Shown piece after piece: positions 16,617 to 25,423 of a stretch of 64,000 nucleotides of DNA. Source of the stretch: Candidatus Omnitrophota bacterium (GTDB lineage Bacteria; Omnitrophota; Gorgyraeia; Zapsychrales; Fredricksoniimonadaceae); assembly GCA_015233675.1 (NCBI GenBank), contig JADFXH010000006.1, positions 65,285 through 129,284 of the forward strand, read 5' to 3'. Under the pieces are notes generated by a model. That model saw only the letters and a list, made by a program, of their open reading frames with translations, was not told where the DNA came from and did no database searches. Numbering within the stretch: the first letter of the stretch is position 1; every line of letters begins with the position of its first letter. The position numbers and the translations under genes are program-made.

Positions 16617-18610
16617 ACCAGGCACAGGCCAAAAAAGAGATCCGGGCGCTAACCAAAGCAATCGAAGAGCATAATCATAAATATTATGTGCTCAATGATC
16701 CTGTTATTTCCGACGAAGAATATGACCGGCTGCTCAAAAAGCTGATTGGCCTTGAAGAGGCTTTCCCGTTTTTTAAGTCTGCGGCATCTCCCACCCAAAG
16801 GGTCGGAGCCAAGGTTGAGGGGGTGCTGCCGAGCGTTAAACATAGCGTGCCCCTGCTTTCATTGGATAACACCTATTCACTCGATGAGCTAAAGCAATGG
16901 TACGGCCGTGTGGTCAAGGGCTTAAATGGCCATGAGCCATCATTGACTGCGGAATTAAAAATCGACGGCCTAAGCTGTGCCTTGACCTATCGCAATGGCC
17001 GATTTGTTTTAGCGGCCACCCGCGGGGACGGGGACACCGGTGAGGATGTCACCCACAATGCTAAAACGATTCGGGATGTGCCCTTAAGCTTAAAAGGCAA
17101 AGCCCCTGCCTTGCTGGAAGTGCGGGGCGAAGTGTACATGGATAAAAAAGATTTCGCTCTCCTTAACTTGCAACGTAAGAATAATGGAGAGGCCTTGTTT
17201 GCCAACCCGCGCAATGCCGCGGCCGGTTCTTTAAAATTACTGGATGCGCGCCTGACGGCACAGCGGCATTTGAGATTCTTTGTCCACTCTACCGGAAGTT
17301 CGGATAAGAACAAGGCCAAAGCCACACAGTGGGAATTCTTGCAGATGGCACAAAGTTACGGTTTTTCAGTTAATCCGCACAATCGCCTTTGCCGTAATTT
17401 TGATGAGGTGATGGCTTACTGCGAAGAGTATCGCCTCAAGCGCCAGGAGATCAGCTATGATGTCGATGGCATTGTCGTCAAAGTCAATGATCTAAGCCTT
17501 CAGGCGCAGTTAGGAACGACACTTAAAAGTCCGCGCTGGGCCGTAGCTTTTAAATTTCCGGCGTACCAGGCAAGCACCGTCATTAAAGATATCACCGTTC
17601 AGGTTGGCCGTACCGGGGTTCTGACACCGGTGGCGGAATTAGAGCCTGTGGCTTGCGCCGGAGTCGTGATCTCCAGGGCCACCTTGCACAATTTTGATGA
17701 GATCAAACGCTTGGGCGTCAATTGTGGCGACCGGGTACTTTTGGAACGCGCCGGGGACGTTATCCCTAAAATTGTTAAAGTCTTAGAAAAACATTCCAAA
17801 TCAGATTTTGCTGTCCCTAAAACCTGCCCATCGTGTAGCGGCTTGGTCCAAAAAGAAAAAGAAGATGATGTGGCTTATCGTTGTTTGAATCCCTCTTGCC
17901 CTAAACAATTAGAGCGGCATTTGGTCCATTTTGCCTCGCGGGGGGCTATGGACATTGAAGGCTTAGGACTGACGGCGGTCAATCAGCTTTTGGACAAAGG
18001 GTTGGTCAGTGATTTGGCGGATATTTATTTTTTAAAAAAAGAGCAATTAATGGATTTAGATTTATTCGCCGATAAGAAAACGGAAAATTTACTTAAAGGA
18101 ATTAAAGACAGCAAATCCAGGCCTTTATCAAAGTTTTTATACGGCCTTGGCATTTCCAATATCGGCATTAAAGCGGCTGTAAATTTAGCTGGGCATTGTG
18201 GGTCTTTGGATGCTATTATGAATGCTTCGGCCGATAAGTTGCAGGCCATTGATGAGCTGGGGCCGGTGATGGCAGAGTCAATTGTTGAGTATTTCAAGCA
18301 GTCCCAGGTTAAAAAATTGTTGGCAAAATTTAATGATGCGGGCCTGAATTTATCAGAATCAAAAAGGCAGGTATCAGGGGGGCGCTTGGAAGGCAAAAAA
18401 TTTGTATTTACCGGCGAGCTGGCAGGTGTCAAGCGTGAGGAGGCGGGGCTTTGGGTGCAAAATCAGGGCGGTAAGGTGCTTTCTGCGGTCAGTAGAAATT
18501 TGGATTACCTGGTTGCCGGTGAAAATCCCGGGTCCAAGCTTGCCCAAGCAAGGCTGCTTGGCATTACAATATTAAATCAAAAAGAATTTGAGGAGATGGT
18601 TCATGGCTAA
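16613..18610 (+). CDS. ligA: NAD-dependent DNA ligase
   Basis: Adenylation motif ELKIDGLS, a four-Cys zinc finger (CPSC..C..C), HhH region, C-terminal BRCT (GKKFVFTGEL). Confidence 0.97.
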   Translation: MNQAQAKKEIRALTKAIEEHNHKYYVLNDPVISDEEYDRLLKKLIGLEEAFPFFKSAASPTQRVGAKVEGVLPSVKHSVPLLSLDNTYSLDELKQWYGRVVKGLNGHEPSLTAELKIDGLSCALTYRNGRFVLAATRGDGDTGEDVTHNAKTIRDVPLSLKGKAPALLEVRGEVYMDKKDFALLNLQRKNNGEALFANPRNAAAGSLKLLDARLTAQRHLRFFVHSTGSSDKNKAKATQWEFLQMAQSYGFSVNPHNRLCRNFDEVMAYCEEYRLKRQEISYDVDGIVVKVNDLSLQAQLGTTLKSPRWAVAFKFPAYQASTVIKDITVQVGRTGVLTPVAELEPVACAGVVISRATLHNFDEIKRLGVNCGDRVLLERAGDVIPKIVKVLEKHSKSDFAVPKTCPSCSGLVQKEKEDDVAYRCLNPSCPKQLERHLVHFASRGAMDIEGLGLTAVNQLLDKGLVSDLADIYFLKKEQLMDLDLFADKKTENLLKGIKDSKSRPLSKFLYGLGISNIGIKAAVNLAGHCGSLDAIMNASADKLQAIDELGPVMAESIVEYFKQSQVKKLLAKFNDAGLNLSESKRQVSGGRLEGKKFVFTGELAGVKREEAGLWVQNQGGKVLSAVSRNLDYLVAGENPGSKLAQARLLGITILNQKEFEEMVHG

Positions 18611-19133
18611 TTTTAATCCGCACAAGAAGGCAGTTCTTGTGCTCGCAGGAATTCTGGTGCTGAGTCTGTCTCTTAGCTCGTGTGATTCGTTACGCAAGAA
18701 ATTTACCCGTCAGAAAAAAAAGGGTGAGGCTGAAGATCAGGCTTTTGTCCCTGTTCTTGAACCTGAAGAATATCCGGCCCCAATAGATAATCCCCAGCAA
18801 AATTATAAAGAGAATTATGATTTGATCAAGGCTTGGTATAAGGATTTGTGGACCGCAATTGACGATAAGAGCACTGCCAGATATTTGCACTATACTATCG
18901 GACAAGTTACCAATCATATCACCCGGATGGAACAATTAGTGGATGTGCCCACACGGGCGGATTTGGCCAAGTTGGCAGGGTTTCTGGATTATTATAAAGC
19001 CTCTTTGGATACACCGTGGAATGTGCGTAATGTGTCGCGCATTCAAAGTGATTTGCGCGGCTTTGACCGTTTTTTACGGGACCATTTACGTGCTGACAGG
19101 ATCAAAGGTCATTTTGTTAAAAGTGTCAAATGA
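18603..19133 (+). CDS. lipoprotein, unknown function
   Basis: From ATG 18603: MANFNPHKKAVLVLAGILVLSLSLSSC with lipobox LSSC. It overlaps the ligA stop by 8 nt. Confidence 0.6.
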   Translation: MANFNPHKKAVLVLAGILVLSLSLSSCDSLRKKFTRQKKKGEAEDQAFVPVLEPEEYPAPIDNPQQNYKENYDLIKAWYKDLWTAIDDKSTARYLHYTIGQVTNHITRMEQLVDVPTRADLAKLAGFLDYYKASLDTPWNVRNVSRIQSDLRGFDRFLRDHLRADRIKGHFVKSVK

Positions 19134-20017
19134 AAGAATTTATCGACGATTTCATGAATTATCTTTCCGTCGAGCGCGGGCTTGCCAAAAACACGCTTTT
19201 AGCCTACCGGCGTGATTTGGCCAAGTACATTGATTATCTTTCCCCTAAAGGCATCAAAACCGCCGCACAGGTCAATCGAGAGCATGTTTCTAATTTTATG
19301 TTTGAATTAAAGAAACATGATATGTCTGCTACTACCATTTGCAGGAATTTGGCGGCGGTCAAAATGTTCCACCGCTTCTTGGTACGGGAGAATTTAGCCA
19401 AGGAAGACCCCACGACCCTGGTAGATACTCCGAAATTATGGAAGAGAGTCCCCTCGGTATTGACTCAGACAGAAATTGAGTCGATGATCATGGCGGCTTC
19501 GGGGAAAAAAATACAACAAATCAGGGACCAGGCGATACTGGAAATTTTTTACGCGAGCGGCCTGCGGGTTTCGGAACTGTCGGATTTGAAGACCACCAGT
19601 ATCAATTACGACGTGGGTTTTGTGAGGGCTGTGGGCAAAGGAAGCAAAGAGCGGATCATCCCTTTGGGGATGAAAGCCCGCGAGGCCCTGCAGAAATACC
19701 TGCTTCGCTGCCGCCCTAAATTATTGAAAAACCAGACGAATGACGTTTTGTTCTTAAGCCGTCTGGGCAAGAAGATCAGCCGGCAGAGTTTATGGGCAGT
19801 AATAAAGCTTTACGCTCGCCGGGCTAATATCAAGAAAACAATCAAGCCGCACACCCTGCGGCATACCTTTGCGACCCATTTATTGGAGCATGGCGCGGAT
19901 TTGCGCTCTGTCCAGGAAATGCTGGGGCATTCGGATATTTCCACGACCCAGATTTATACGCATGTGGACCGCGAGCGTTTAAAGAGCGTGCATAAACAGT
20001 TTCATCCCAGGAGTTGA
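19130..20017 (+). CDS. xerD: tyrosine site-specific recombinase XerD
   Basis: HTLRHTFATHLLEHGADLRSVQEMLGHSDISTTQIYTHVDRERLKSVHKQFHPR is a XerD-type C-terminus carrying the R..H..R..Y catalytic residues. Confidence 0.8.
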   Translation: MKEFIDDFMNYLSVERGLAKNTLLAYRRDLAKYIDYLSPKGIKTAAQVNREHVSNFMFELKKHDMSATTICRNLAAVKMFHRFLVRENLAKEDPTTLVDTPKLWKRVPSVLTQTEIESMIMAASGKKIQQIRDQAILEIFYASGLRVSELSDLKTTSINYDVGFVRAVGKGSKERIIPLGMKAREALQKYLLRCRPKLLKNQTNDVLFLSRLGKKISRQSLWAVIKLYARRANIKKTIKPHTLRHTFATHLLEHGADLRSVQEMLGHSDISTTQIYTHVDRERLKSVHKQFHPRS

Positions 20018-20020
20018 GCA

Positions 20021-20737
20021 GTGAAAGATTTGTTATCCCGTTTTAATCTTGGATCTTTGGCTTTGGTTCGGTCTATTGGGGTTATGGCTCAGGCCCAGGG
20101 TGTTGCGGCTTTTCTGGTTGGAGGGCCGGTCAGGGACCTGATGCTTAAACAGCCTAATATCGATCTGGATATTGCCGTTGAAGGCAATGGCATCCGATTG
20201 GCTGAGAGTTTTGCGGCTCGGCATCGCGGCGCTTTGGTAACACGCTATCCTGCTTTTAAGACAGCAACAGTGCGGCTGCATGAGGGCTCTTTGGTTGATT
20301 TTGCCACAGCCCGAGATGAAATCTACGTGCGTGGAGGTGCTTTCCCTGCTGTTAAACCTTCAGATATTAATAAGGATTTGTTCCGCCGGGATTTTACGAT
20401 CAACGCCATGGCCATTGCTATTAATCCTGAAACTTACGGAAAACTCATAGACCCTTTTGAAGGGACGCTTGATTTGAGGAGCAAGGTCCTGCGTATTCTG
20501 CACGAAAAAAGCTTTCTGGATGACCCGACGCGTATTTTACGGGCGGCCCGGTTTAAAGCAAGACTGGGATTTAGGATTGAGGCCAAAACACTAAAACTTT
20601 TAAAATCTGCCATAAAAATTAAAGTGCTTGATACAATCAAGCCGCAGAGGTATCTTAAAGACTTTAATAAGCTCCTCAAAGAGCCGAATTCTCAAGAAGC
20701 GATCAAATGTTTAAAATCATGGAATGCGTATAAATAA
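20021..20737 (+). CDS. tRNA nucleotidyltransferase / poly(A) polymerase family protein, head domain only (238 aa)
   Basis: FLVGGPVRDLML..DLDIAVEG (GG.VRD and D.D motifs) and RRDFTINAMA. It lacks the usual C-terminal body/tail. Confidence 0.7.
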   Translation: MKDLLSRFNLGSLALVRSIGVMAQAQGVAAFLVGGPVRDLMLKQPNIDLDIAVEGNGIRLAESFAARHRGALVTRYPAFKTATVRLHEGSLVDFATARDEIYVRGGAFPAVKPSDINKDLFRRDFTINAMAIAINPETYGKLIDPFEGTLDLRSKVLRILHEKSFLDDPTRILRAARFKARLGFRIEAKTLKLLKSAIKIKVLDTIKPQRYLKDFNKLLKEPNSQEAIKCLKSWNAYK

Positions 20738-20751
20738 CAGGAGTAAGACAG

Positions 20752-21120
20752 ATGCGTATTGAAAAAGTTAATTCATCTATCAAACGGGAACTCGCAAATA
20801 TTATTCTGTTAGGTGAGGTGCGCGACCCGAGGATTTCATTTGTGACCATTATCAATGTTGATGTCAGCAAAGACCTGCAACATGCCAGGGTAAGGTTTAG
20901 TACGCTTGCCGATACCCCTAAGGAGATCAAGGCAGCAATAGAAGGTTTTGAGAGTGGCAAAGGTTATATCCGCAAACTGATCAGCCAGCGCTTGGCCCTG
21001 CGGTATACGCCGGAATTCCAGTTTATTTATGACAAAGGCATCAAATATGCCGCTGATGTTGATAAAGTCTTGGAAGAAATTAAATCATTAAAATCACCCC
21101 AAGGAGAACCCCAAGGATGA
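20752..21120 (+). CDS. rbfA: ribosome-binding factor A
   Basis: R..KV...I+RELA.II...V+DPR..FVTI..V.VS.DL..A+V.FS pattern; ~120 aa; rbfA-truB synteny. Confidence 0.9.
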   Translation: MRIEKVNSSIKRELANIILLGEVRDPRISFVTIINVDVSKDLQHARVRFSTLADTPKEIKAAIEGFESGKGYIRKLISQRLALRYTPEFQFIYDKGIKYAADVDKVLEEIKSLKSPQGEPQG

Positions 21121-22079
21121 ACTTTGCCCAGAAAGTTTTAAATACCATCGACCACCATCAGAGATTCCTGGTGACTACCCATCATAATCCTGATGCGGAC
21201 GCGGTGTCTTCTGTGCTTGCGATGGCTTTTTATTTAAAAAGTAAGGGCAAGCACGTTTGTGTCCTCAATGAAGACGCTTGCCCTGAATGGCTTGAGTTCT
21301 TGCCCGGAACTTCTATGTTTAAAAAAACAGGTGATTCAAATTCAGTGGATTATGAAGTTGCCATTGTGCTGGATTGCGGCGATTTGAAACGCGTGGGAGT
21401 CGTTAAGCAATTTATTCAAAAGGACAAGCCTTTAATCAATATAGACCATCATGTGACTAATGAAAAATTTGGCAGTATCAATGTGGTTTGTCCCACGGCG
21501 TCTTCTACCTGCGAAATGATATTTGATCTGTTTCAAGAAGCAGGTTACCCGCTTAATAAGAATTTGGCTGTTCTTCTTTATGCGGGCATCATGACGGACA
21601 CAGGATCTTTTCGTTATGAAAACACCTGTGCGCACAGTCATGCGGTTATTGAGAAATTAATGGCTTTTAAAATTTCAGCGGCCCGCATGTATGATCGCCT
21701 TTTTGTGGGGATACCGGTGGCGGATATGAAGATGTTTACGGATGTTATCCATAGCGCGCAATTGCTTGACGGCAACAGGGTTTATTGTGTGGCATTGCCT
21801 AAAAAAGCGGAGGATTGTTTCTCTAAAAGTTTTGACCTAAAAGAGAAACTGTTTGCTTTTTTGCGATCGGTTGAAGGGATTGAAGTGGTGGTGATATTAA
21901 CAGAATTGAATCCTCAAGAAGTCCGTGTGAATTTGCGCAGCCGGGGAGATTTTAATGTTGCCGCTTTGGCCCAGCAGTTCGAAGGCGGAGGGCATAAAAA
22001 AGCCGCAGGCTGCAAAATTTACGGGTCTCTTGTTTATGCGCAAAAAATAATTTGTCAGGCTATACATAAAAAATTATGA
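21117..22079 (+). CDS. nrnA: DHH/DHHA1 phosphoesterase (NrnA-like oligoribonuclease / pAp phosphatase)
   Basis: HHNPDADAVSS, NIDHH and GGGH motifs. Positioned between rbfA and truB. Confidence 0.75.
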   Translation: MNFAQKVLNTIDHHQRFLVTTHHNPDADAVSSVLAMAFYLKSKGKHVCVLNEDACPEWLEFLPGTSMFKKTGDSNSVDYEVAIVLDCGDLKRVGVVKQFIQKDKPLINIDHHVTNEKFGSINVVCPTASSTCEMIFDLFQEAGYPLNKNLAVLLYAGIMTDTGSFRYENTCAHSHAVIEKLMAFKISAARMYDRLFVGIPVADMKMFTDVIHSAQLLDGNRVYCVALPKKAEDCFSKSFDLKEKLFAFLRSVEGIEVVVILTELNPQEVRVNLRSRGDFNVAALAQQFEGGGHKKAAGCKIYGSLVYAQKIICQAIHKKL

Positions 22080-22768
22080 AATTCCGGGCTTCAGTAGAAA
22101 ACTCTTTGCAGGGTATTGTGCTGGTCAATAAACCGGCAGGTATCACTTCCCACGATGTGGTGGCTTTTGTCCGCCGGACTTTTAAAATGCGCCGGGTTGG
22201 GCATGCGGGAACGCTTGATCCAATGGCTACCGGCGTGCTGGTTATCCTTCTGGGGAGAGCGACCAAGCTTTTTGATAAATTCGTGGCGTTTGACAAAACC
22301 TACCGGGCCACACTGCGTTTAGGCCTTAAAACTACTACCGCTGATATTATGGGACAGACCTTAATTGAAAGGCCTTATGATGGCGTTGATGAGGATGCGA
22401 TCAGGCGGGTTTTTATGCAATTTACCGGCAATATTGAACAAAAGCCGCCGATGGTTTCTGCGGTCAAGCATCAAGGCGAGCGCTTGTATAAAATTGCCCG
22501 CCAGGGCATAGAAGTCGAGCGCACAGCACGCAAAGTCCGTATTGATGAGTTAAGGATCTTGCAATGCCGTTTTCCTGACGTGGAATTTGTAATGAGCTGT
22601 TCTAAAGGAACCTATGTGCGCCAATTAGCTGAGGATGCAGGAGAAGTTTTAGGCTGTGGGGCATGTATTTCCCAGATCGAACGCACAAAAGTGGGCCCTT
22701 TTGAAATCAAAGATGCTGTTGACTTGGAAAATTTAAATGAAGGTCATGTCCTTAAATGGCAGTTCTAA
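22076..22768 (+). CDS. truB: tRNA pseudouridine-55 synthase
   Basis: G...V.KP.G.TSHDVV and GHAGTLDPMATGVL catalytic Asp motif. Confidence 0.95.
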   Translation: MKFRASVENSLQGIVLVNKPAGITSHDVVAFVRRTFKMRRVGHAGTLDPMATGVLVILLGRATKLFDKFVAFDKTYRATLRLGLKTTTADIMGQTLIERPYDGVDEDAIRRVFMQFTGNIEQKPPMVSAVKHQGERLYKIARQGIEVERTARKVRIDELRILQCRFPDVEFVMSCSKGTYVRQLAEDAGEVLGCGACISQIERTKVGPFEIKDAVDLENLNEGHVLKWQF

Positions 22769-23681
22769 TCTGTCTTTGAAAAAAACTTGTGCCGCCATCG
22801 GTATTTTTGACGGCGTGCATCGCGGGCATCAATATTTGATCAAACAGATGCTGACAAGGGCCCGTCGTTTAAAATTAAAACCAATTGTTATTACTTTTTT
22901 CCCCCATCCGGCCCATGTGTTATGTCCTGGTGTGAAATTGGGATATTTATCGTCGTTGAAGGACCGGCTTGTATTGCTCGATGATTTAGGGGTGGAGGCC
23001 TGCTTGGTGGTGCGTTTTACACCGAGATTTGCGCGTATTGAGCCGCAGAAATTTATTAAGGATATTTTAGTTAAGAAATTAGGGGTTGAAGCTTTATTTG
23101 TCGGAGATGATTTTCGTTTCGGTAAGGACAGACGCGGCGATATTACTTTGTTTCGGGAATTGGGGCTTAAATACGGCTATGAAACGCACGCGGTATCTCA
23201 GATTAAACAGGGAAGCCGGAGCATCAGCAGTACGCGTATACGCAAATTGTTAAGTGAAGGTAAATTAAATGAGGCCGAGCGTTTATTGGGAAGGAAAGTA
23301 TCCATCTCCGGTCCTGTGATCAGGGGATCCAGGCGCGGTAGGGATTTAGGATACCCAACGGCCAATGTTGCCTATGAGGCAGATATTCTTCCGCTGCAAG
23401 GCGTTTATGTTGTCAGAGTTTTGTTGGGTAAAAAAAGTTATTTGGCCATAGCCAATATAGGCACACGTCCTTCATTTGAAAAACAAAATTCTAATCTACT
23501 CCTGGAAGTCCATATCCTTGATTTTTCAAAGGATATTTATGGCCTGCGCTTGCAGGTCGAGTTTTTAAAAAAGATCCGCAACGAAAAAAAATTCTCCAAT
23601 CCGCAAGATCTAATTCAGCAAATCCAAAAAGACGAGGCCTTCGCACGGAAATGTTTCTTTGCAAAACTCCAATTATTTTGA
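22737..23681 (+). CDS. ribF: bifunctional riboflavin kinase / FMN adenylyltransferase
   Basis: IGIFDGVHRGH, SSTRIR, GYPTAN, HILDF..D.YG motifs. Confidence 0.95.
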   Translation: MKVMSLNGSSNLSLKKTCAAIGIFDGVHRGHQYLIKQMLTRARRLKLKPIVITFFPHPAHVLCPGVKLGYLSSLKDRLVLLDDLGVEACLVVRFTPRFARIEPQKFIKDILVKKLGVEALFVGDDFRFGKDRRGDITLFRELGLKYGYETHAVSQIKQGSRSISSTRIRKLLSEGKLNEAERLLGRKVSISGPVIRGSRRGRDLGYPTANVAYEADILPLQGVYVVRVLLGKKSYLAIANIGTRPSFEKQNSNLLLEVHILDFSKDIYGLRLQVEFLKKIRNEKKFSNPQDLIQQIQKDEAFARKCFFAKLQLF

Positions 23682-23687
23682 CAGGGA

Positions 23688-23878
23688 ATGGATATGTTAA
23701 AGAAATTTTTAAGTTTGATTGTTATTATATGTTTTTCCCTGACCAGCTTAGGCGCTATTTGCCCTATTGCTCGCTCGGCAGAGGGGGGAGATGTTTTAGG
23801 CCTACCAGCACACCCGGGACTATGGTCAATTTAAGCCCTGCCTATGAGCCGATGATCATTAAGGGTATGACGCGGTAG
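23688..23878 (+). pseudogene. frameshifted, truncated N-terminal remnant of the protein A/C family
   Basis: ATG 23688 gives signal peptide MDMLKKFLSLIVIICFSLTSLG...A and ..DVLGLPA. After an extra base near 23815 the next frame reads PGTMVNLSPAYEPMIIKG, then a stop at 23878. Compare LPAPGVMVHLSPPLDPPILKGI (A) and LPVPGTMVGVSAPFAPLTLKGL (C). Confidence 0.65.
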
Positions 23879-24016
23879 TCGTGGCACTGGACCATACCGC
23901 GTTGGATTAGGAGCTTATATATCGCAACGCCAGGTTTATCTTTTACCCGTAATGTTTATAAGGACAGGCGGGATAAGAAGGTGGTTAAGTTATAAATATC
24001 CAGGAGGTGCCTTGCA

Positions 24017-24571
24017 ATGAAAAATCAGAAACGAAGCGCCTTTACCTTCATCGAACTTATTATTGTTTTAATCATCATAGGGATATTGGCGGCGATCGCC
24101 TTGCCTAATATTTATAACTGGATAGAACGTTCCCGCGCAGCGGAATCCGTGCCTGCTATGCAACAATTTGCGAATGATCTGGATAATTATTTATTTAAGC
24201 TTAATAATTTCTCTTGGGCAGGACCTATTGATGCGACCCAATTATTTAGAAGTCCACCAGCCCTGCAGACTATTTCTACAGCTAATTTTTCGTGTGATTG
24301 TAATAGTGCTAGATATGGTATTCTGCGCACAGATTTACCAGGTGGTGTTTATGGCATTATTTGCGCAAGGGTTGATGCGAATGGCAACACGGAAACGGAT
24401 CCTATAACTGGCCAGAAAAACTCGATAATTATGAATGTTTATCCGCCTTATGTTGATAGAAATACTGGTATGCCTCTGCCTAACTCCGGACAGCGGGTCA
24501 TTACTGGGTGTGGCATATATAATGGAATGTTTGATTCTCCTCCTTCGTGGGGAGTCGAAACATGCGCCTAA
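24017..24571 (+). CDS. type IV pilin / pseudopilin-like protein (fifth paralog)
   Basis: MKNQKRSA|FTFIELIIVLIIIGILAAIALPNIYNW. AGGAGG RBS. Family end motif ITGCGIYNGMF plus a short extension. Confidence 0.85.
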   Translation: MKNQKRSAFTFIELIIVLIIIGILAAIALPNIYNWIERSRAAESVPAMQQFANDLDNYLFKLNNFSWAGPIDATQLFRSPPALQTISTANFSCDCNSARYGILRTDLPGGVYGIICARVDANGNTETDPITGQKNSIIMNVYPPYVDRNTGMPLPNSGQRVITGCGIYNGMFDSPPSWGVETCA

Positions 24572-24802
24572 TAAAAGGTAATAAAAGGGACAGGCCTCAA
24601 ACGGCGGATAGTAGGGAAAGAATTGTAAAAAGAGGGTCAAGCTAAACCAGATCCAGGGATTCATTCCTACCATCATTGAAATTTGGCCGGTCGCCACACT
24701 TCCTATCCTCAGTGAGCTTGGGCAAAAGCTCATGCAATAATCGTCACCAGTTTTATTAATGTCCTCATAGTGTTTGTTTAGTGTTCTGAGAGAATCGACG
24801 AT

Positions 24803-24877
24803 GTCATCCTGAGCCCTAAGGGCGAAGGATCTTAAAACGTCTTAAGATTCTTCGTCGCTATCGCTCCTCAGAATGAC
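24803..24877. repeat. 75-bp imperfect palindrome of the GTCATCCTGAG...CTCAGAATGAC type
   Basis: Left arm GTCATCCTGAGCCCTAAGGGCGAAGGATCTTAA. Reverse complement of the right arm is GTCATTCTGAGGAGCGATAGCGACGAAGAATCTTAA. Confidence 0.85.
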
Positions 24878-24913
24878 AAGTTTCTTCCTGCACATTAATA
24901 CCTATTTTGTGTA

Positions 24914-24942
24914 TTGACAACGTCTTTTTACGGGACTATACT
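24914..24942 (+). promoter_or_regulatory. dcw/mraZ promoter candidate (TTGACA-17-TATACT)
   Basis: TTGACA at 24914-24919, 17-nt spacer, TATACT at 24937-24942, about 40 nt upstream of mraZ. Confidence 0.6.
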
Positions 24943-24949
24943 TTCTTTT

Positions 24950-24979
24950 AAGTGGAACAAAGTGGAGGAAAGTGGAGTA
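24950..24979 (+). promoter_or_regulatory. three 10-bp-phased AAGTGGA direct repeats (MraZ-box-like operator)
   Basis: AAGTGGAACA AAGTGGAGGA AAGTGGAGTA lies immediately before the mraZ ATG. MraZ is known to bind phased GTGG-type repeats in its own promoter. Confidence 0.6.
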
Positions 24980-24980
24980 A

Positions 24981-25421
24981 ATGTTTTACGGTGAATATAG
25001 TCATGGTATTGACAATAAAGGCCGTTTGATCCTGCCTGCGCGGTTTCGCGAAGTAGCCCGGGAAAACGGCATTGATAAATTTTTTGTCACTCGCGGCTTG
25101 GATAAATGTATTTTTATGTTCGCAGAAAATGAATGGCGCCTGCAGGAGGCGCGCTTTAAGAACCTATCCTTCACTAAAGGCGAGGCGCGTTCTTTTAATC
25201 GCATGTTCTTTTCAGGTGCCGTTGAAGTCTTGCCGGATAAGCAGGGGCGGTTTATTATCCCCCAGTATCTTAAGGATTTTGCCGGCATTAAGAAAGATGC
25301 GGTGGTCATAGGAATTTCTAATCGTATTGAAATTTGGGAAACCGCCTCATGGCGGGAGTTTTTCAGCAAATCCAGCGGGGACTTTGAGAAAACCGCGGAA
25401 CATATGTTGGATGTGGATTAA
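24981..25421 (+). CDS. mraZ: transcriptional regulator MraZ
   Basis: MF.GEY.H..D.KGR...PA+FRE and a second SpoVT/AbrB-like half; first gene of the dcw cluster. Confidence 0.95.
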   Translation: MFYGEYSHGIDNKGRLILPARFREVARENGIDKFFVTRGLDKCIFMFAENEWRLQEARFKNLSFTKGEARSFNRMFFSGAVEVLPDKQGRFIIPQYLKDFAGIKKDAVVIGISNRIEIWETASWREFFSKSSGDFEKTAEHMLDVD

Positions 25422-25423
25422 GC

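Noticed and set aside
23884-23900. Sigma54 promoter (TGGCAC) upstream of the pilin at 24017
   Set aside because: TGGCAC is present, but the -12 element TTGC(A/T) is absent at the required spacing (the sequence is TGGCACTGGACCATAC). A similar check upstream of the pilin array (1514-1634, minus strand) also failed on spacing.
24335-24733. 132-aa minus-strand ORF overlapping the fifth pilin gene
   Set aside because: It overlaps the well-supported pilin CDS antisense for about 240 nt and has no recognisable features.
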